Shown one piece after another: positions 9,438-18,947 of a stretch of DNA of 64,000 nt. A program made the position numbers and the translations under genes. The notes under the pieces were generated by a model. It did no database searches. It was given only the letters and a program-made list of their open reading frames with translations, and was not told the origin of the DNA. Every line of letters begins with the position of its first letter. Positions within the stretch are counted from its first letter, which is position 1. Source of the stretch: Candidatus Dojkabacteria bacterium (GTDB taxonomy: Bacteria > Patescibacteriota > Dojkabacteria > SC72). The DNA lies in assembly GCA_018056375.1 (NCBI GenBank), contig JAGPFQ010000002.1, forward strand, positions 75,344-139,343, in the 5' to 3' direction.

Positions 9438-10190
9438 ATGGAAAAGATATTACAGAAAAAAGAAGTAAAGAGGTTCGTTGTTGGTATCCTTGTTTCTTTT
9501 GTGTTTGGAATTCTCTTAGATCACTTCCTAATATATCCATTCTTTAAGATTTCTACTACAGAAGTGGATAGTAGTATAGAACAGGAGAATGAAAACATTG
9601 AAGAGCCTCTTGTTTTAGGTAGTTCCACGCAATTAGACAGGAAAATAGAGATTGAGAAGGTATGTAAAACAACAGTAGATATCAGTGGAGCATTAAAACA
9701 CCCTGGGGTTTTCTGTCTGGATGAAGGAGCAAGGGTTATTGATGCTGTAACTAAGGCAGGAGGCTTTAGTCCTGATGTAGCATACCGATTTGTTGCGAGA
9801 AAAATCAATCTAGCACAGAAGTTAGTAGATAATCAAAAAATATATATTCCTTTTGAAGATGAAACAGAGTGTACATTGATAAGTTTTCTACCACAAACAA
9901 AAGAAGTGCAGAATATAATGACAAATAGTGGAAAAACAGACTTTCCTACGAGTGAAGATGACACTTCTTCTACTGCACAAACTCCACCACAGGCGGAAAC
10001 GGATGGTTCTGGGTGCATAAATATCAATAGTGCATCTGCATCTCAGTTGGAAACAATCAGTGGTATAGGACCTGCTATGTCCAAGAAGATAATCGAAGGA
10101 AGACCGTATTCTAAAATAGAGGATTTACTAAATGTCAGTGGAATAGGGGATGCACTTTTTAAGAAAATTAAGAGTGAGGTATGTGTCTAA
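9438..10190 (+). CDS. comEA: Competence protein ComEA-like (SLBB domain plus tandem helix-hairpin-helix DNA-binding domain)
   Basis: N-terminal TM; SLBB-like VDISGALKHPGVF...; C-terminal HhH pair ININSASASQLETISGIGPAMSKKIIEGRPY. Confidence 0.65.
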   Translation: MEKILQKKEVKRFVVGILVSFVFGILLDHFLIYPFFKISTTEVDSSIEQENENIEEPLVLGSSTQLDRKIEIEKVCKTTVDISGALKHPGVFCLDEGARVIDAVTKAGGFSPDVAYRFVARKINLAQKLVDNQKIYIPFEDETECTLISFLPQTKEVQNIMTNSGKTDFPTSEDDTSSTAQTPPQAETDGSGCININSASASQLETISGIGPAMSKKIIEGRPYSKIEDLLNVSGIGDALFKKIKSEVCV

Positions 10191-11854
10191 AAATGTTCCA
10201 CAGACTCCTACCAGTAGGTAGGAGATTTTTAAAAAGATTGAGAGGAATTTTTAAGTATATTTTTGACTACAAAATAATCCTCTTTTCACTTCTGTATATC
10301 ATCATGAATTCCTGTGTGATTTTCCTCCTAAGAAACATTTTTAGCATCTCTTCTATAGGGTGGTTCTTCCCTGCTGCTTTCCTGATTCTCTTCGTTTTGG
10401 TTCATTTCTTTCAGAAGAAACAGCAAGGGAAATTGTTAGAGAATGGAAAGAGTAGAAAAGGTAGGGGAGAAAGGATAGTCAAATTTTTTGTTCTGTTAGA
10501 ATATGTTTTTCTAGTAGGTATTTTTTCTCTCTGTCGTAATTTACCAATTATTTCCAACGAAGCCATGTTGTTTAAAAACAGGGAAAGTTTCACTCAAGGT
10601 TTCATAAATGTAAAGGTATATATCTCTGAGGAAATAGAGGAGAGACACAAAGATATGTCACTTACAGTTACTTTACTAGAGGATTTGGAAATGGGTGGTA
10701 AAATACTACCAAAAAGTAGTACAAAACTACTTCTTAAACTTCCCAATTTTTACTCCTTTGAGATAGGACAAGTTTGTCAGGTTGAGGGGTATTTAACTCT
10801 GCCAGAAAATTTTGATGATTTTAATTATGAGAGATATCTGGCAAATAAAAAAATATTTTTTTTGATGGATAATCCAAAAATTTTTTGTAAGGAATTGACA
10901 GAAGAGAGGAAGGGAAATTTTCTTAGAAATGTCTTAGTCGATTTTAAAATGAAAATGGTTGGGTATGTGGATGAGGTATTGAATGAGCCACAGTCATCAC
11001 TACTAGTAGGTATACTTTTTGGCCAAAAAAGATTGTTTAGTGCTGTTTTTGATGATGCAACAAGACTTTCTGGTGTAAGTCATATTATTTCAGCATCAGG
11101 ATATAATGTGACAATTCTTACAATTGCTATTAACAAACTACTTTTCTTTCTTCCAAAGAGAGCTAAGGTTATTGTTGGACTCATTGTTATATGGCTTTAC
11201 TGTATACTTTCAGGTCTCTCAACATCTATAGTAAGGGCTACAATAATGGGGAGTGTATCAATGATAGCTATGCTATTAGGAAGAAATACCTCTATTCATC
11301 TTTCAATTCCTTTCGTTTCTTTTCTTTTCGTATTACTAAACCCAACGGCAATGACAGATGTTGGCTTTCTTCTCTCTGTTTCTGCACTTTTAGGTCTTGT
11401 ATATCTTCTTCCAATACTAACAAACTTTAGAGAGAAGGTGTTTAAAAAAGCTGTATTTCTAGATGAATATGTACTACCTACACTAAGTTGTACTCTTGCA
11501 ACCTTACCTGTTCTCATTTTGACCTTTAAAACATTCACTATTTGGTCTGTTTTAGTAAATGCAATAATCTTACCAATAGTGGAGAGCACTATGCTTTTTG
11601 GTTTTCTAGCAATCTTTTTTTACATTCTCTTTAAACCTTTCTCATATATTCTTTTTTCAGTAATTAATGTACAACTCAAATGTTTTGAGATGATTGTAAT
11701 GTTTGTAAAAAACTTAGGTTTTGGACAATTTGAGATTGAAAGTAAATATGTTATACCTTTTGCTTTACTCTTAATCCTTTGTTTTGTTGTAGTAACATTA
11801 TATTTCTATCCTTTAGAGAATGAAAAATACAACTACTATCTTAAAGATACTTAA
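10181..11854 (+). CDS. comEC: ComEC/Rec2 DNA internalization channel, membrane part (DUF4131 plus competence domain)
   Basis: Polytopic membrane protein with the competence-domain segment LVGILFGQKRLFSAVFDDATRLSGVSHIISASGYNVTIL. Overlaps comEA by 10 nt. Confidence 0.7.
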   Translation: MCLKMFHRLLPVGRRFLKRLRGIFKYIFDYKIILFSLLYIIMNSCVIFLLRNIFSISSIGWFFPAAFLILFVLVHFFQKKQQGKLLENGKSRKGRGERIVKFFVLLEYVFLVGIFSLCRNLPIISNEAMLFKNRESFTQGFINVKVYISEEIEERHKDMSLTVTLLEDLEMGGKILPKSSTKLLLKLPNFYSFEIGQVCQVEGYLTLPENFDDFNYERYLANKKIFFLMDNPKIFCKELTEERKGNFLRNVLVDFKMKMVGYVDEVLNEPQSSLLVGILFGQKRLFSAVFDDATRLSGVSHIISASGYNVTILTIAINKLLFFLPKRAKVIVGLIVIWLYCILSGLSTSIVRATIMGSVSMIAMLLGRNTSIHLSIPFVSFLFVLLNPTAMTDVGFLLSVSALLGLVYLLPILTNFREKVFKKAVFLDEYVLPTLSCTLATLPVLILTFKTFTIWSVLVNAIILPIVESTMLFGFLAIFFYILFKPFSYILFSVINVQLKCFEMIVMFVKNLGFGQFEIESKYVIPFALLLILCFVVVTLYFYPLENEKYNYYLKDT

Positions 11855-12662
11855 AGAATTGTTGTTTAGAAATATTCTAAATATTCTTTTCTTTCTACTA
11901 GCTATTTTCTTTGTTGTTGTCTTAAAGAAAACAGAGATAGGGCAAGTAGAAGTTGTTTTTTTGAATGTTGGACAGGGTGATGCAATATTAATACAACAAG
12001 GTAATTATCAGATTCTAGTAGATGGCGGTGCTGATGATACAGTTCTCTATGAACTAGCTAAATATTTGCCTTGGTATGACAAGACAATTGAGAAAGTTGT
12101 ATTGACACATCCACACGCAGATCATATTAATGGTCTTTTGCTTGTATTAAAGAAATATACTGTTGGGGAGGTATATTACAATCCTGTTGAGTATCCAAAC
12201 TTAGCATATGAATATCTTAAGGATACCTATAATGACATATTAGTGGAGATTAAATCTGGTGATGTTTTGGAATATGAGGATATATATGGAGTAGTTCTTT
12301 ATCCTTTTGAAGGGGAGAAGATTCAGGAGAAAAATGTGAATAACAGTTCAGTAGTAATGCTTTTTGTACTTAATGGGTACAAAGTATTGTTAATGGGTGA
12401 TGCTGAAGCAGAACTGGAAGAAAAGTTGTTAGACTATACATTTTTGGAAGGTATAGATATATTGAAAGCAGGTCATCATTGTTCTAGAACTTCCTCTTCT
12501 ATAAGTTTCTTAAGTTTCACTCAACCTGTTGTTGCTATCTGTATGTGTGGAATAGGTAACAGTCTAGGACATCCGCACTATGAAACTCTAGAAAAGTTTG
12601 AAAAGATGAATGTTCAATATTTTGTGACATATAGGGATGGGAATATTAGATTTAGGTTCTAA
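11820..12662 (+). CDS. Metallo-beta-lactamase fold domain protein, the usual ComEC C-terminal domain, here a separate ORF overlapping by 35 nt in a different frame
   Basis: N-terminal TM helix, then the MBL motif VVLTHPHADHINGL and LNVGQGDAILIQ. Domain order matches fused ComEC, so this is either a frameshift or a genuinely split gene. Confidence 0.65.
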   Translation: MKNTTTILKILKELLFRNILNILFFLLAIFFVVVLKKTEIGQVEVVFLNVGQGDAILIQQGNYQILVDGGADDTVLYELAKYLPWYDKTIEKVVLTHPHADHINGLLLVLKKYTVGEVYYNPVEYPNLAYEYLKDTYNDILVEIKSGDVLEYEDIYGVVLYPFEGEKIQEKNVNNSSVVMLFVLNGYKVLLMGDAEAELEEKLLDYTFLEGIDILKAGHHCSRTSSSISFLSFTQPVVAICMCGIGNSLGHPHYETLEKFEKMNVQYFVTYRDGNIRFRF

Positions 12663-12675
12663 TATCATAGTTTTA

Positions 12676-12684
12676 TGGTAAAAT
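12676..12684 (+). promoter_or_regulatory. Extended -10-like TGGTAAAAT upstream of tRNA-Arg(GCG); an identical motif at 12781-12789 lies upstream of tRNA-Arg(UCG)
   Basis: The same 9-mer lies 12 nt upstream of each tRNA 5' end. Confidence 0.35.
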
Positions 12685-12696
12685 ACTAATATATAT

Positions 12697-12770
12697 GTAC
12701 CTGTAGCTCAACTGGATAGAGCATTGGTTTGCGGAACCAAAGGTTGTCGGTTCGATTCCGACCAGGTATG
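12697..12770 (+). tRNA. tRNA-Arg (anticodon GCG, unusual)
   Basis: Acceptor GTACCTG/CAGGTAT (G1:U72 wobble), D-arm GCTC-AACTGGATA-GAGC with the A20 Arg identity base, anticodon stem TTGGT/ACCAA, loop TTGCGGA, T-arm GTCGG-TTCGATT-CCGAC. Confidence 0.6.
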
Positions 12771-12800
12771 CATGAAAATATGGTAAAATACAGGTGTAAA

Positions 12801-12874
12801 GCACCTGTAGCTTAACTGGATAGAGCATCGGTCTTCGGAACCGAGGGTTGGGGGTTCGACTCCCTCCAGGTGCG
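12801..12874 (+). tRNA. tRNA-Arg (anticodon UCG)
   Basis: Perfect acceptor GCACCTG/CAGGTGC, D-arm identical to the upstream tRNA, anticodon stem TCGGT/ACCGA, loop CTTCGGA, T-arm GGGGG-TTCGACT-CCCTC. Confidence 0.75.
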
Positions 12875-12896
12875 TACTGTATTATATACACAATCT

Positions 12897-14678
12897 ATGA
12901 AGCAGAAGATAGAGAAGATAGTTTTAGGAGCATTGAAAAAGATGGGTGTAGAGACATCTTCTTTTGATATTGTCGTTGAGATTCCTAAAGATTCCTCTAA
13001 TGGTGATTACTCTACAAATATTGCAATGAGGTTGGCATCTGTATTAAAGAAAAAACCTCTTGATATTGCAAATGAGATTGTAAATAACATTCAAGATGAG
13101 GATTTCTCTAAAGTAGAAGCAGTTGCACCTGGTTTTATCAACTTCTATCTCTCTGAGACATATCTTTTTAATGAGGTTGAGAGTATTGTTGAGAACCCTG
13201 GTGGATATTTCAAGTCTACATTGAAAAAGGGAGAGAAATTAGCAATCGAATATACGGATGCTAATCCGTTTAAAGTTCTACATATTGGACATCTGTACTC
13301 AAATACAGTAGGAGAATCTTTTGCTAGATTACAAGAAGCTCTTGGAGCTAATGTAAAAAGATTAAGTTATCAAGGTGATGTAGGTCTTCATGTTGCTAAA
13401 ACACTTTGGGGTTTGGAGAAGAAACTTAAAGATGAAAACAAAACATTTGTTGATGTAGAAAAACTACCATTAGCTGAAAGAGTAAAGTATTTAGGTGATG
13501 CATATGTTGAAGGAGCAGAGAGATATGACTATTCTGATGATCAAGAAGCAAAGAAAGAAATAGATGAAATCAATTATTATATTTTCTATATAACGAATCC
13601 TGTTTTAGAAAAGAAAGATTTTAAGAGGTTTGAAGATGTAGGTATGGAAGAGAAATATACTAAAGGAAGATTATGGTGTTTGGAACAGTTTGAAACAATA
13701 TACAAGAGACTTGGTACTAAGTTTGATCACTATTTCTTTGAGAGTGAGGTTGGAGAAGCTGGCTTGAAGCTTGTTTTAGAGAATGTAGGTAGTATTTTCA
13801 AGGAGGACGATGGGGCGATTATCTACGAGGGTGATGAGGAGAAGCATCTGCACACTAGGGTTTTTGTGAATAGATATGGATTGCCAACATATGAGGCAAA
13901 AGAACTAGGTCTTGCTTTCAAGAAAAAAGAAGAAATTGGTTATGATACTTCTATAATAATCACTGCAAACGAACAAAGTGGCTATTTCAAGGTGGTTATG
14001 GATGCTCTCAGCAAATTGGATATTGATACTGCTAATAGAACCAAACATTTCTCTCACGGAGTAGTAAAGTTGCCAAATGCAGAAAAGATGTCTAGTAGGA
14101 GAGGTGGAATTCTTTCTGCTGAGTGGTTGCTGGACGAAACAAAGAAGAAGGTTATTAAGAAGATGAAGAGTAGTAGTGTTGTGTCAGATAGTGATTTTGA
14201 AGATGTTGCTGAAAAGGTAACTATTGGAGCTGTTAAATATGCTTTCCTAAAAGTCACTGTGGGTAGTGATATAGCTTTTGATTTTGATAAAGCAATCTCT
14301 TTTGATGGTGATACTGGTCCGTATATTCAGTATGCGTATTCGAGGGCGTCTGCTTTGGTAGATGAGTTTGGAATGGAACCTACTCATAACGTGTATATTA
14401 AACAGACCTCTGAAGGTGCTTATGCACAGGGACTACTTAGGTATATTGGCAAATATCAAGAAACTTTGCTTAACAGTGCTTTAACATATTCCCCTTCAAC
14501 TCTTTGTCAGTATCTTTTTGAACTCTCTCAAGCCTTTAACTCTTTTTATCAAAATGTGAGATTATCTGATATGTCAGAGGAAGAAAGAGTGCCACTAGTT
14601 TTAATTATTAAATCCATTATGAATATTTTAAAGGATGGTTTAGCGAAGTTGGGTATAGAGGTTGTAGACAGAATGTAG
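12897..14678 (+). CDS. argS: Arginyl-tRNA synthetase
   Basis: Class I HIGH motif (HIGHLYS) and the C-terminal DALR anticodon-binding domain (GPYIQYAYSRASAL). The track ORF begins with a GTG at 12870 inside the tRNA acceptor stem, so the ATG at 12897 is the likely start. Confidence 0.85.
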   Translation: MKQKIEKIVLGALKKMGVETSSFDIVVEIPKDSSNGDYSTNIAMRLASVLKKKPLDIANEIVNNIQDEDFSKVEAVAPGFINFYLSETYLFNEVESIVENPGGYFKSTLKKGEKLAIEYTDANPFKVLHIGHLYSNTVGESFARLQEALGANVKRLSYQGDVGLHVAKTLWGLEKKLKDENKTFVDVEKLPLAERVKYLGDAYVEGAERYDYSDDQEAKKEIDEINYYIFYITNPVLEKKDFKRFEDVGMEEKYTKGRLWCLEQFETIYKRLGTKFDHYFFESEVGEAGLKLVLENVGSIFKEDDGAIIYEGDEEKHLHTRVFVNRYGLPTYEAKELGLAFKKKEEIGYDTSIIITANEQSGYFKVVMDALSKLDIDTANRTKHFSHGVVKLPNAEKMSSRRGGILSAEWLLDETKKKVIKKMKSSSVVSDSDFEDVAEKVTIGAVKYAFLKVTVGSDIAFDFDKAISFDGDTGPYIQYAYSRASALVDEFGMEPTHNVYIKQTSEGAYAQGLLRYIGKYQETLLNSALTYSPSTLCQYLFELSQAFNSFYQNVRLSDMSEEERVPLVLIIKSIMNILKDGLAKLGIEVVDRM

Positions 14679-14700
14679 ATTTATTTTAAGTGTAGATGTT

Positions 14701-14925
14701 ATGGAAAAAACACCCAAAAAGTTTCTAACAAAAAACATACTACTTATAATAGCTATAATCTATCTGCTTTTGCCAATAGATTTAATACCAGATAGCATAC
14801 CTGTGTTTGGGAATTTGGATGATACTGCATTCTTTATAATAGCATTGATAAAGAACTATGTAGATTGGAAAAAGAGTGAAGGTGATAAGGAAGAAGATGT
14901 TCAAGAAGGTGAGATTGTTAGGTAA
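14701..14925 (+). CDS. DUF1232 (YkvA-like) small membrane protein
   Basis: 74 aa, TM helix followed by the family motif LIPDSIPVFGNLDD. Confidence 0.6.
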   Translation: MEKTPKKFLTKNILLIIAIIYLLLPIDLIPDSIPVFGNLDDTAFFIIALIKNYVDWKKSEGDKEEDVQEGEIVR

Positions 14926-14999
14926 CGGGGTGTAGTTCAGATGGCTAGAACGCTACATTCGGGATGTAGAGGTCGCTCGTTCAAGTCGAGTCACCCCGA
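14926..14999 (+). tRNA. tRNA-Pro (anticodon CGG)
   Basis: Acceptor CGGGGTG/CACCCCG, D-arm GTTC/GAAC, anticodon stem CTACA/TGTAG, loop TTCGGGA, T-arm GCTCG-TTCAAGT-CGAGT. Starts immediately after the stop codon of the preceding ORF. Confidence 0.75.
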
Positions 15000-15026
15000 T
15001 ATGTAATAATATGTATTAAATAATTA

Positions 15027-15671
15027 ATGAAAAAACTGCCAAAAGTCACAAAAAAAGAACTTTTAGATCAAATAGGAGAATTTGGTAAAAGGGATATTGT
15101 TAAAAAAGCTCTCGATTTATCAAGTAAAGCTCATGCTAAACAGAAAAGAGAAAATGGAGCTTCGTATTTGCATCAACATGTATATTTTGTAACTTCTCTT
15201 TTATTTTCTGCATATAAAAGAGATAAAGAAATTGAAACTCTTTTAGTTTTAGCTCTCTTGCATGATACTGTTGAAGATACGGACATAAAGTTGTTTCAAA
15301 TTCAGAAAGTTTTTGGAGAGAGTATAGCCGAAACAGTTTCATTGCTTTCTAAAGAATCCAGTAAAAAAGATGTGGAACTTTCTGATGCAGATAAATACAT
15401 AGAGACTCAAAATTATCTGGAAAAACTTTCTGGAAATAGAGAGGCAGTTATTGTTAAACTTTTTGACAGACTTGCCAATGTTAGGTGTATAAACGAGGAG
15501 GCAGTAGAGAGGAAGCCAAAGAAATATTTAAGGTATTTTAAGGAGACTAAAAACTTATATATACCCCTTGCTAAGAAATACGATTTGAAAAAATTGGTTA
15601 AAGAATTAGAAGATGAAATTGATAGGGTGCAAGACTTGTTGGGTGAGATATTAATAACCCATAGGGATTGA
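15027..15671 (+). CDS. Stand-alone HD-domain phosphohydrolase (RelA/SpoT-type HD; possible small alarmone hydrolase)
   Basis: His...HD metal-binding signature LALLHDTVEDT, typical of the (p)ppGpp hydrolase HD_4 family, 214 aa. Confidence 0.5.
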   Translation: MKKLPKVTKKELLDQIGEFGKRDIVKKALDLSSKAHAKQKRENGASYLHQHVYFVTSLLFSAYKRDKEIETLLVLALLHDTVEDTDIKLFQIQKVFGESIAETVSLLSKESSKKDVELSDADKYIETQNYLEKLSGNREAVIVKLFDRLANVRCINEEAVERKPKKYLRYFKETKNLYIPLAKKYDLKKLVKELEDEIDRVQDLLGEILITHRD

Positions 15672-15886
15672 CGACAATGGGTTCGTTTGAATCATGGAGT
15701 GTTGTAAATCTAGGTCTGTCGGTGGGACATTAAGAAATTTCTTTTTTGAAATTTTTGATTTTCGTTTAAATCTTCTGAGCAGCAAAACAAAGAAATTTGT
15801 TCAAATGAAAAATATCTTCAGAAAACACTGGTAACTACGGTGTTGTTTTTGTATAAGGATGTTTGAACAGTAGGGGAAATGGAATT

Positions 15887-18790
15887 TTAGGAAGTCTTAG
15901 ACATTTTTTCTTTGGAAAGTTTCACTCTCTCTTCATAGTCTTTTTTTAGGACTTGTCCAGTATAACTTCGAGTATTTACCATTATATCACTTACTTTTCC
16001 TTGTGCTACTATCTCTCCACCTTTATCTCCACCTTCTGGACCAAGATCTATAATCCAATCAGAATTCCTTATGATATCAAGATTATGTTCAACAACAACT
16101 ACTGTATTTCCTTTCTCGACTAGCTCATCTAAAATCTTCAATAAGTTGTCAACATCATAGTAGTGAAGTCCTGTAGTTGGCTCATCTAAAACATAGAGTG
16201 TTCTACCAGTTGAGATTTTTGAGAGCTCTTTTGCAAGTTTTACTCGTTGAGATTCTCCACCAGAAAGGGTGAGTGCTGATTGACCCAACTCTATATATCC
16301 TAATCCAACTTTTTCTAAAATTTGAAGCTTCCTTTTAATTTTGGGATGGTTTTTGAAAAATGTCACAGCTTCAGATACTGTCATCTTTAAAACTTCTGCA
16401 ATATTTTTTCCTTTGTAATCTATCTGTAAAATATCAGAGTTGTATCTTGTACCGTTGCAGTGTTCGCAGGTTATATAGATGTCCGAAAGAAACTGCATCT
16501 CGATTTTTATCTCTCCATCTCCTTTACATTTTTCACACCTTCCACCTTTGACATTGAAACTGAATCTTCCGGGTTGATAGCCCCTTGCTTTAGATTCGTT
16601 GAGATTTGCATAGAGGTCTCTGATCTGTGTGAAGACATCTGTGTATGTTGCAGGGTTCGATCTGGGGGTACGGCCTATAGGGGATTGGTCTATGCTAACT
16701 ACTTTGTCTATGTTTTCTATACCAGTAATGTCTCTATATTTACCCTCTATCTGTCTGGAATGCATAATTCTGTTTGCTAGTACTGGAACAAGAGTGTTTT
16801 CTATCAGGGATGACTTTCCACTGCCAGAGAGACCTGTTATTGTTATTAATCTGCCTAAAGGTAGGTTTACATCTATGTCTTTCAAGTTGTTTGTAGTTGC
16901 CCCTGAGAGTGTGATGTTGTGCTTCAAGTCATCTCTGTCTACGGATAGAGTTTTTCTCTGGATTGAGAGGGTGTTGTTTAAGTACTTGGCAGTTAGAGTG
17001 TTTGATTGCTTGAGTTGTTCATATGTCCCTTGCATTGTGATTTCTCCACCATGTTTCCCTGCATATGGACCTATGTCTACCACCCAATCTGCTTGGCTCA
17101 TAGTACTAGGGTCGTGCTCAACAATTATTAGAGAATTGCCTTCATCTTTTAATTGTTTAAGAGAATTAATGAGCTTGTTAACATCTCTTGGATGTAGTCC
17201 AATGGATGGCTCATCAAGGACATAGATAACACCAGAGAGCCTTGTTCCTATCTGTGAAGCTAGCCTAATTCTTTGAGATTCTCCTCCAGACAAAGTGCTT
17301 GCTTCTCTGGATAGTGTAAGGTACTCTAGACCAACATTTACTAAAAAGGATAGTCTTACAAGTATCTCTTTAATGATAGGTTCTGCAATTTTCTTCTCAC
17401 TTCCTTCTAGTTTAAGATTCTTGAAGAATATATATGCATTGTTTATAGACATATTAGTAACATCTACGATATTTTTACCTTTGATTGTTACTGCGAGCGA
17501 ATATTCTTTTAATCTTTGTCCATGACAGATAGGACATGGAGTTTCAAGCATATATTTCTCATAGAAAGCTCTAGCATATTCAGAACTTGTTTCCCCGTAT
17601 CTTCTTTCTATTTCAGGTATAACCCCTTCATATTGAGCGGCATGGGTATTGGTATGTCCGAATCTGTTTGTGTAATCAATTGTATAATGTTCTTTAGTAC
17701 CTTTACCATAGAATATGAGGTCAAAAATCTCTTGACTGTATTCTTTGATAGGGGTTCTGAGGTCAAAACCATGAACTCTGGCAACTTCATTAAGTACTCT
17801 GGTTGTCCAACTATCTTTTGTTGTTCTATTTCCCCATGGGAAGATGCCTCCCTCTTTTATTGTTAAATTAGGATTGTAGAGTAGGTTAACGTCTATCTGT
17901 TTGAAAGATCCCAATCCGGTGCATTTAGGACATGCACCTTCTGGAGCATTGAAAGAAAAGGAGAGAGGTGAGATTTTAGGATATGACATATCACATTTGG
18001 TACATATGTTGTTTTCGGAGAGTAGTGTTTCTTCTTTGCCTTGAATGATTTTGACTTCTCCTCCAGATTCTGTTATTGCAAGCTCTATATCATCTCTTAA
18101 TCTCTTTTGAAACTCTGGAGTATCTGAATTATCTGATGTGAGCCTATCTATAACTAAATCAATAGTATGCTTCTTGTTTTCCTCGATATTAAGGTCTTCT
18201 ATGTCATCTAGGAGGTATGTTTCGTTGTCAATAATTACCCTTAGATAGCCTTTGGATAACAATTTGGCTAGTAGTGCTTTGTATTGTCCTTTCCTGTTTT
18301 TTACTAATGGTGAAACAATGGTAACATTCTTTGTGGAACTTTTTAGCATCTTGAGTACTTTTTTTGTAATTTCCTCTATAGTTTGTGATTGGATAGCTTC
18401 ACTACAATTCGGACAGTGTTGTTGTCCGATATGTCCGAATAATAATCGGAGATAGTTGTATATTTCGGTGATAGTTCCAACAGTAGACCTAGGGTTTGAA
18501 CCTGTTGTTTTTTGATCTATTGATATTGCAGGAGATAGACCAGTAATTGATTCAACATCTGGTTTCTTCATAATACCTAGAAATTGTCGAGCATAGGAAG
18601 AGAGAGACTCTACATATCTCCTTTGTCCTTCAGCATAGATTGTATCGAAAGCTAGAGAAGATTTACCACATCCAGAAACTCCTGTTAGAACAACAAGTTT
18701 GTTTTTAGGAATATCTAAAGATATATTTTTAAGGTTGTTCTCTTTAGCTCCACGTATTTTGATATATTCTGTCTTCATTCCAATATACAT
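15887..18790 (-). CDS. uvrA: Excinuclease ABC subunit A
   Basis: Two ABC ATPase modules ([18 protein letters not shown]), zinc-finger CxxC pairs and LSGGE signature motifs, 967 aa. Confidence 0.92.
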   Translation of the reverse strand: MYIGMKTEYIKIRGAKENNLKNISLDIPKNKLVVLTGVSGCGKSSLAFDTIYAEGQRRYVESLSSYARQFLGIMKKPDVESITGLSPAISIDQKTTGSNPRSTVGTITEIYNYLRLLFGHIGQQHCPNCSEAIQSQTIEEITKKVLKMLKSSTKNVTIVSPLVKNRKGQYKALLAKLLSKGYLRVIIDNETYLLDDIEDLNIEENKKHTIDLVIDRLTSDNSDTPEFQKRLRDDIELAITESGGEVKIIQGKEETLLSENNICTKCDMSYPKISPLSFSFNAPEGACPKCTGLGSFKQIDVNLLYNPNLTIKEGGIFPWGNRTTKDSWTTRVLNEVARVHGFDLRTPIKEYSQEIFDLIFYGKGTKEHYTIDYTNRFGHTNTHAAQYEGVIPEIERRYGETSSEYARAFYEKYMLETPCPICHGQRLKEYSLAVTIKGKNIVDVTNMSINNAYIFFKNLKLEGSEKKIAEPIIKEILVRLSFLVNVGLEYLTLSREASTLSGGESQRIRLASQIGTRLSGVIYVLDEPSIGLHPRDVNKLINSLKQLKDEGNSLIIVEHDPSTMSQADWVVDIGPYAGKHGGEITMQGTYEQLKQSNTLTAKYLNNTLSIQRKTLSVDRDDLKHNITLSGATTNNLKDIDVNLPLGRLITITGLSGSGKSSLIENTLVPVLANRIMHSRQIEGKYRDITGIENIDKVVSIDQSPIGRTPRSNPATYTDVFTQIRDLYANLNESKARGYQPGRFSFNVKGGRCEKCKGDGEIKIEMQFLSDIYITCEHCNGTRYNSDILQIDYKGKNIAEVLKMTVSEAVTFFKNHPKIKRKLQILEKVGLGYIELGQSALTLSGGESQRVKLAKELSKISTGRTLYVLDEPTTGLHYYDVDNLLKILDELVEKGNTVVVVEHNLDIIRNSDWIIDLGPEGGDKGGEIVAQGKVSDIMVNTRSYTGQVLKKDYEERVKLSKEKMSKTS

Positions 18791-18850
18791 TATACCATGA
18801 AATGGGTAATAGTATTACCTATAGAGTTGTATAGTATGAAGTGTATTGTG

Positions 18851-18859
18851 TGGTATAAT
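18851..18859 (+). promoter_or_regulatory. Extended -10 TGGTATAAT upstream of tRNA-Arg(CCU)
   Basis: TGnTATAAT 12 nt upstream of the tRNA 5' end. Confidence 0.4.
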
Positions 18860-18870
18860 ATGGCATTTAT

Positions 18871-18944
18871 GCACTCGTAGCTCAATTGGATAGAGCAACG
18901 CACTCCTAACGCGTAGGTTGTAGGTTCAATTCCTGCCGAGTGCG
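18871..18944 (+). tRNA. tRNA-Arg (anticodon CCU)
   Basis: Acceptor GCACTCG/CGAGTGC, D-arm GCTC-AATTGGATA-GAGC (A20), anticodon loop CTCCTAA with a 31:39 A-C mismatch, T-arm GTAGG-TTCAATT-CCTGC. Confidence 0.65.
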
Positions 18945-18947
18945 CTT

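Noticed and set aside
12673-12891. 72-aa minus-strand ORF across the tRNA-Arg pair
   Set aside because: It completely overlaps two well-folding tRNA genes. Its translation (GGSRTPNPRFRRPM...) simply mirrors tRNA stems.
15672-15886. Possible small RNA or strong terminator in the 215-bp gap between the convergent HD-domain gene and uvrA
   Set aside because: It contains only weak AT-only palindromes (AGAAATTTC...GAAATTT) and no GC-rich stem-loop with a U-tract. Nothing beyond ordinary convergent-gene spacer could be supported.
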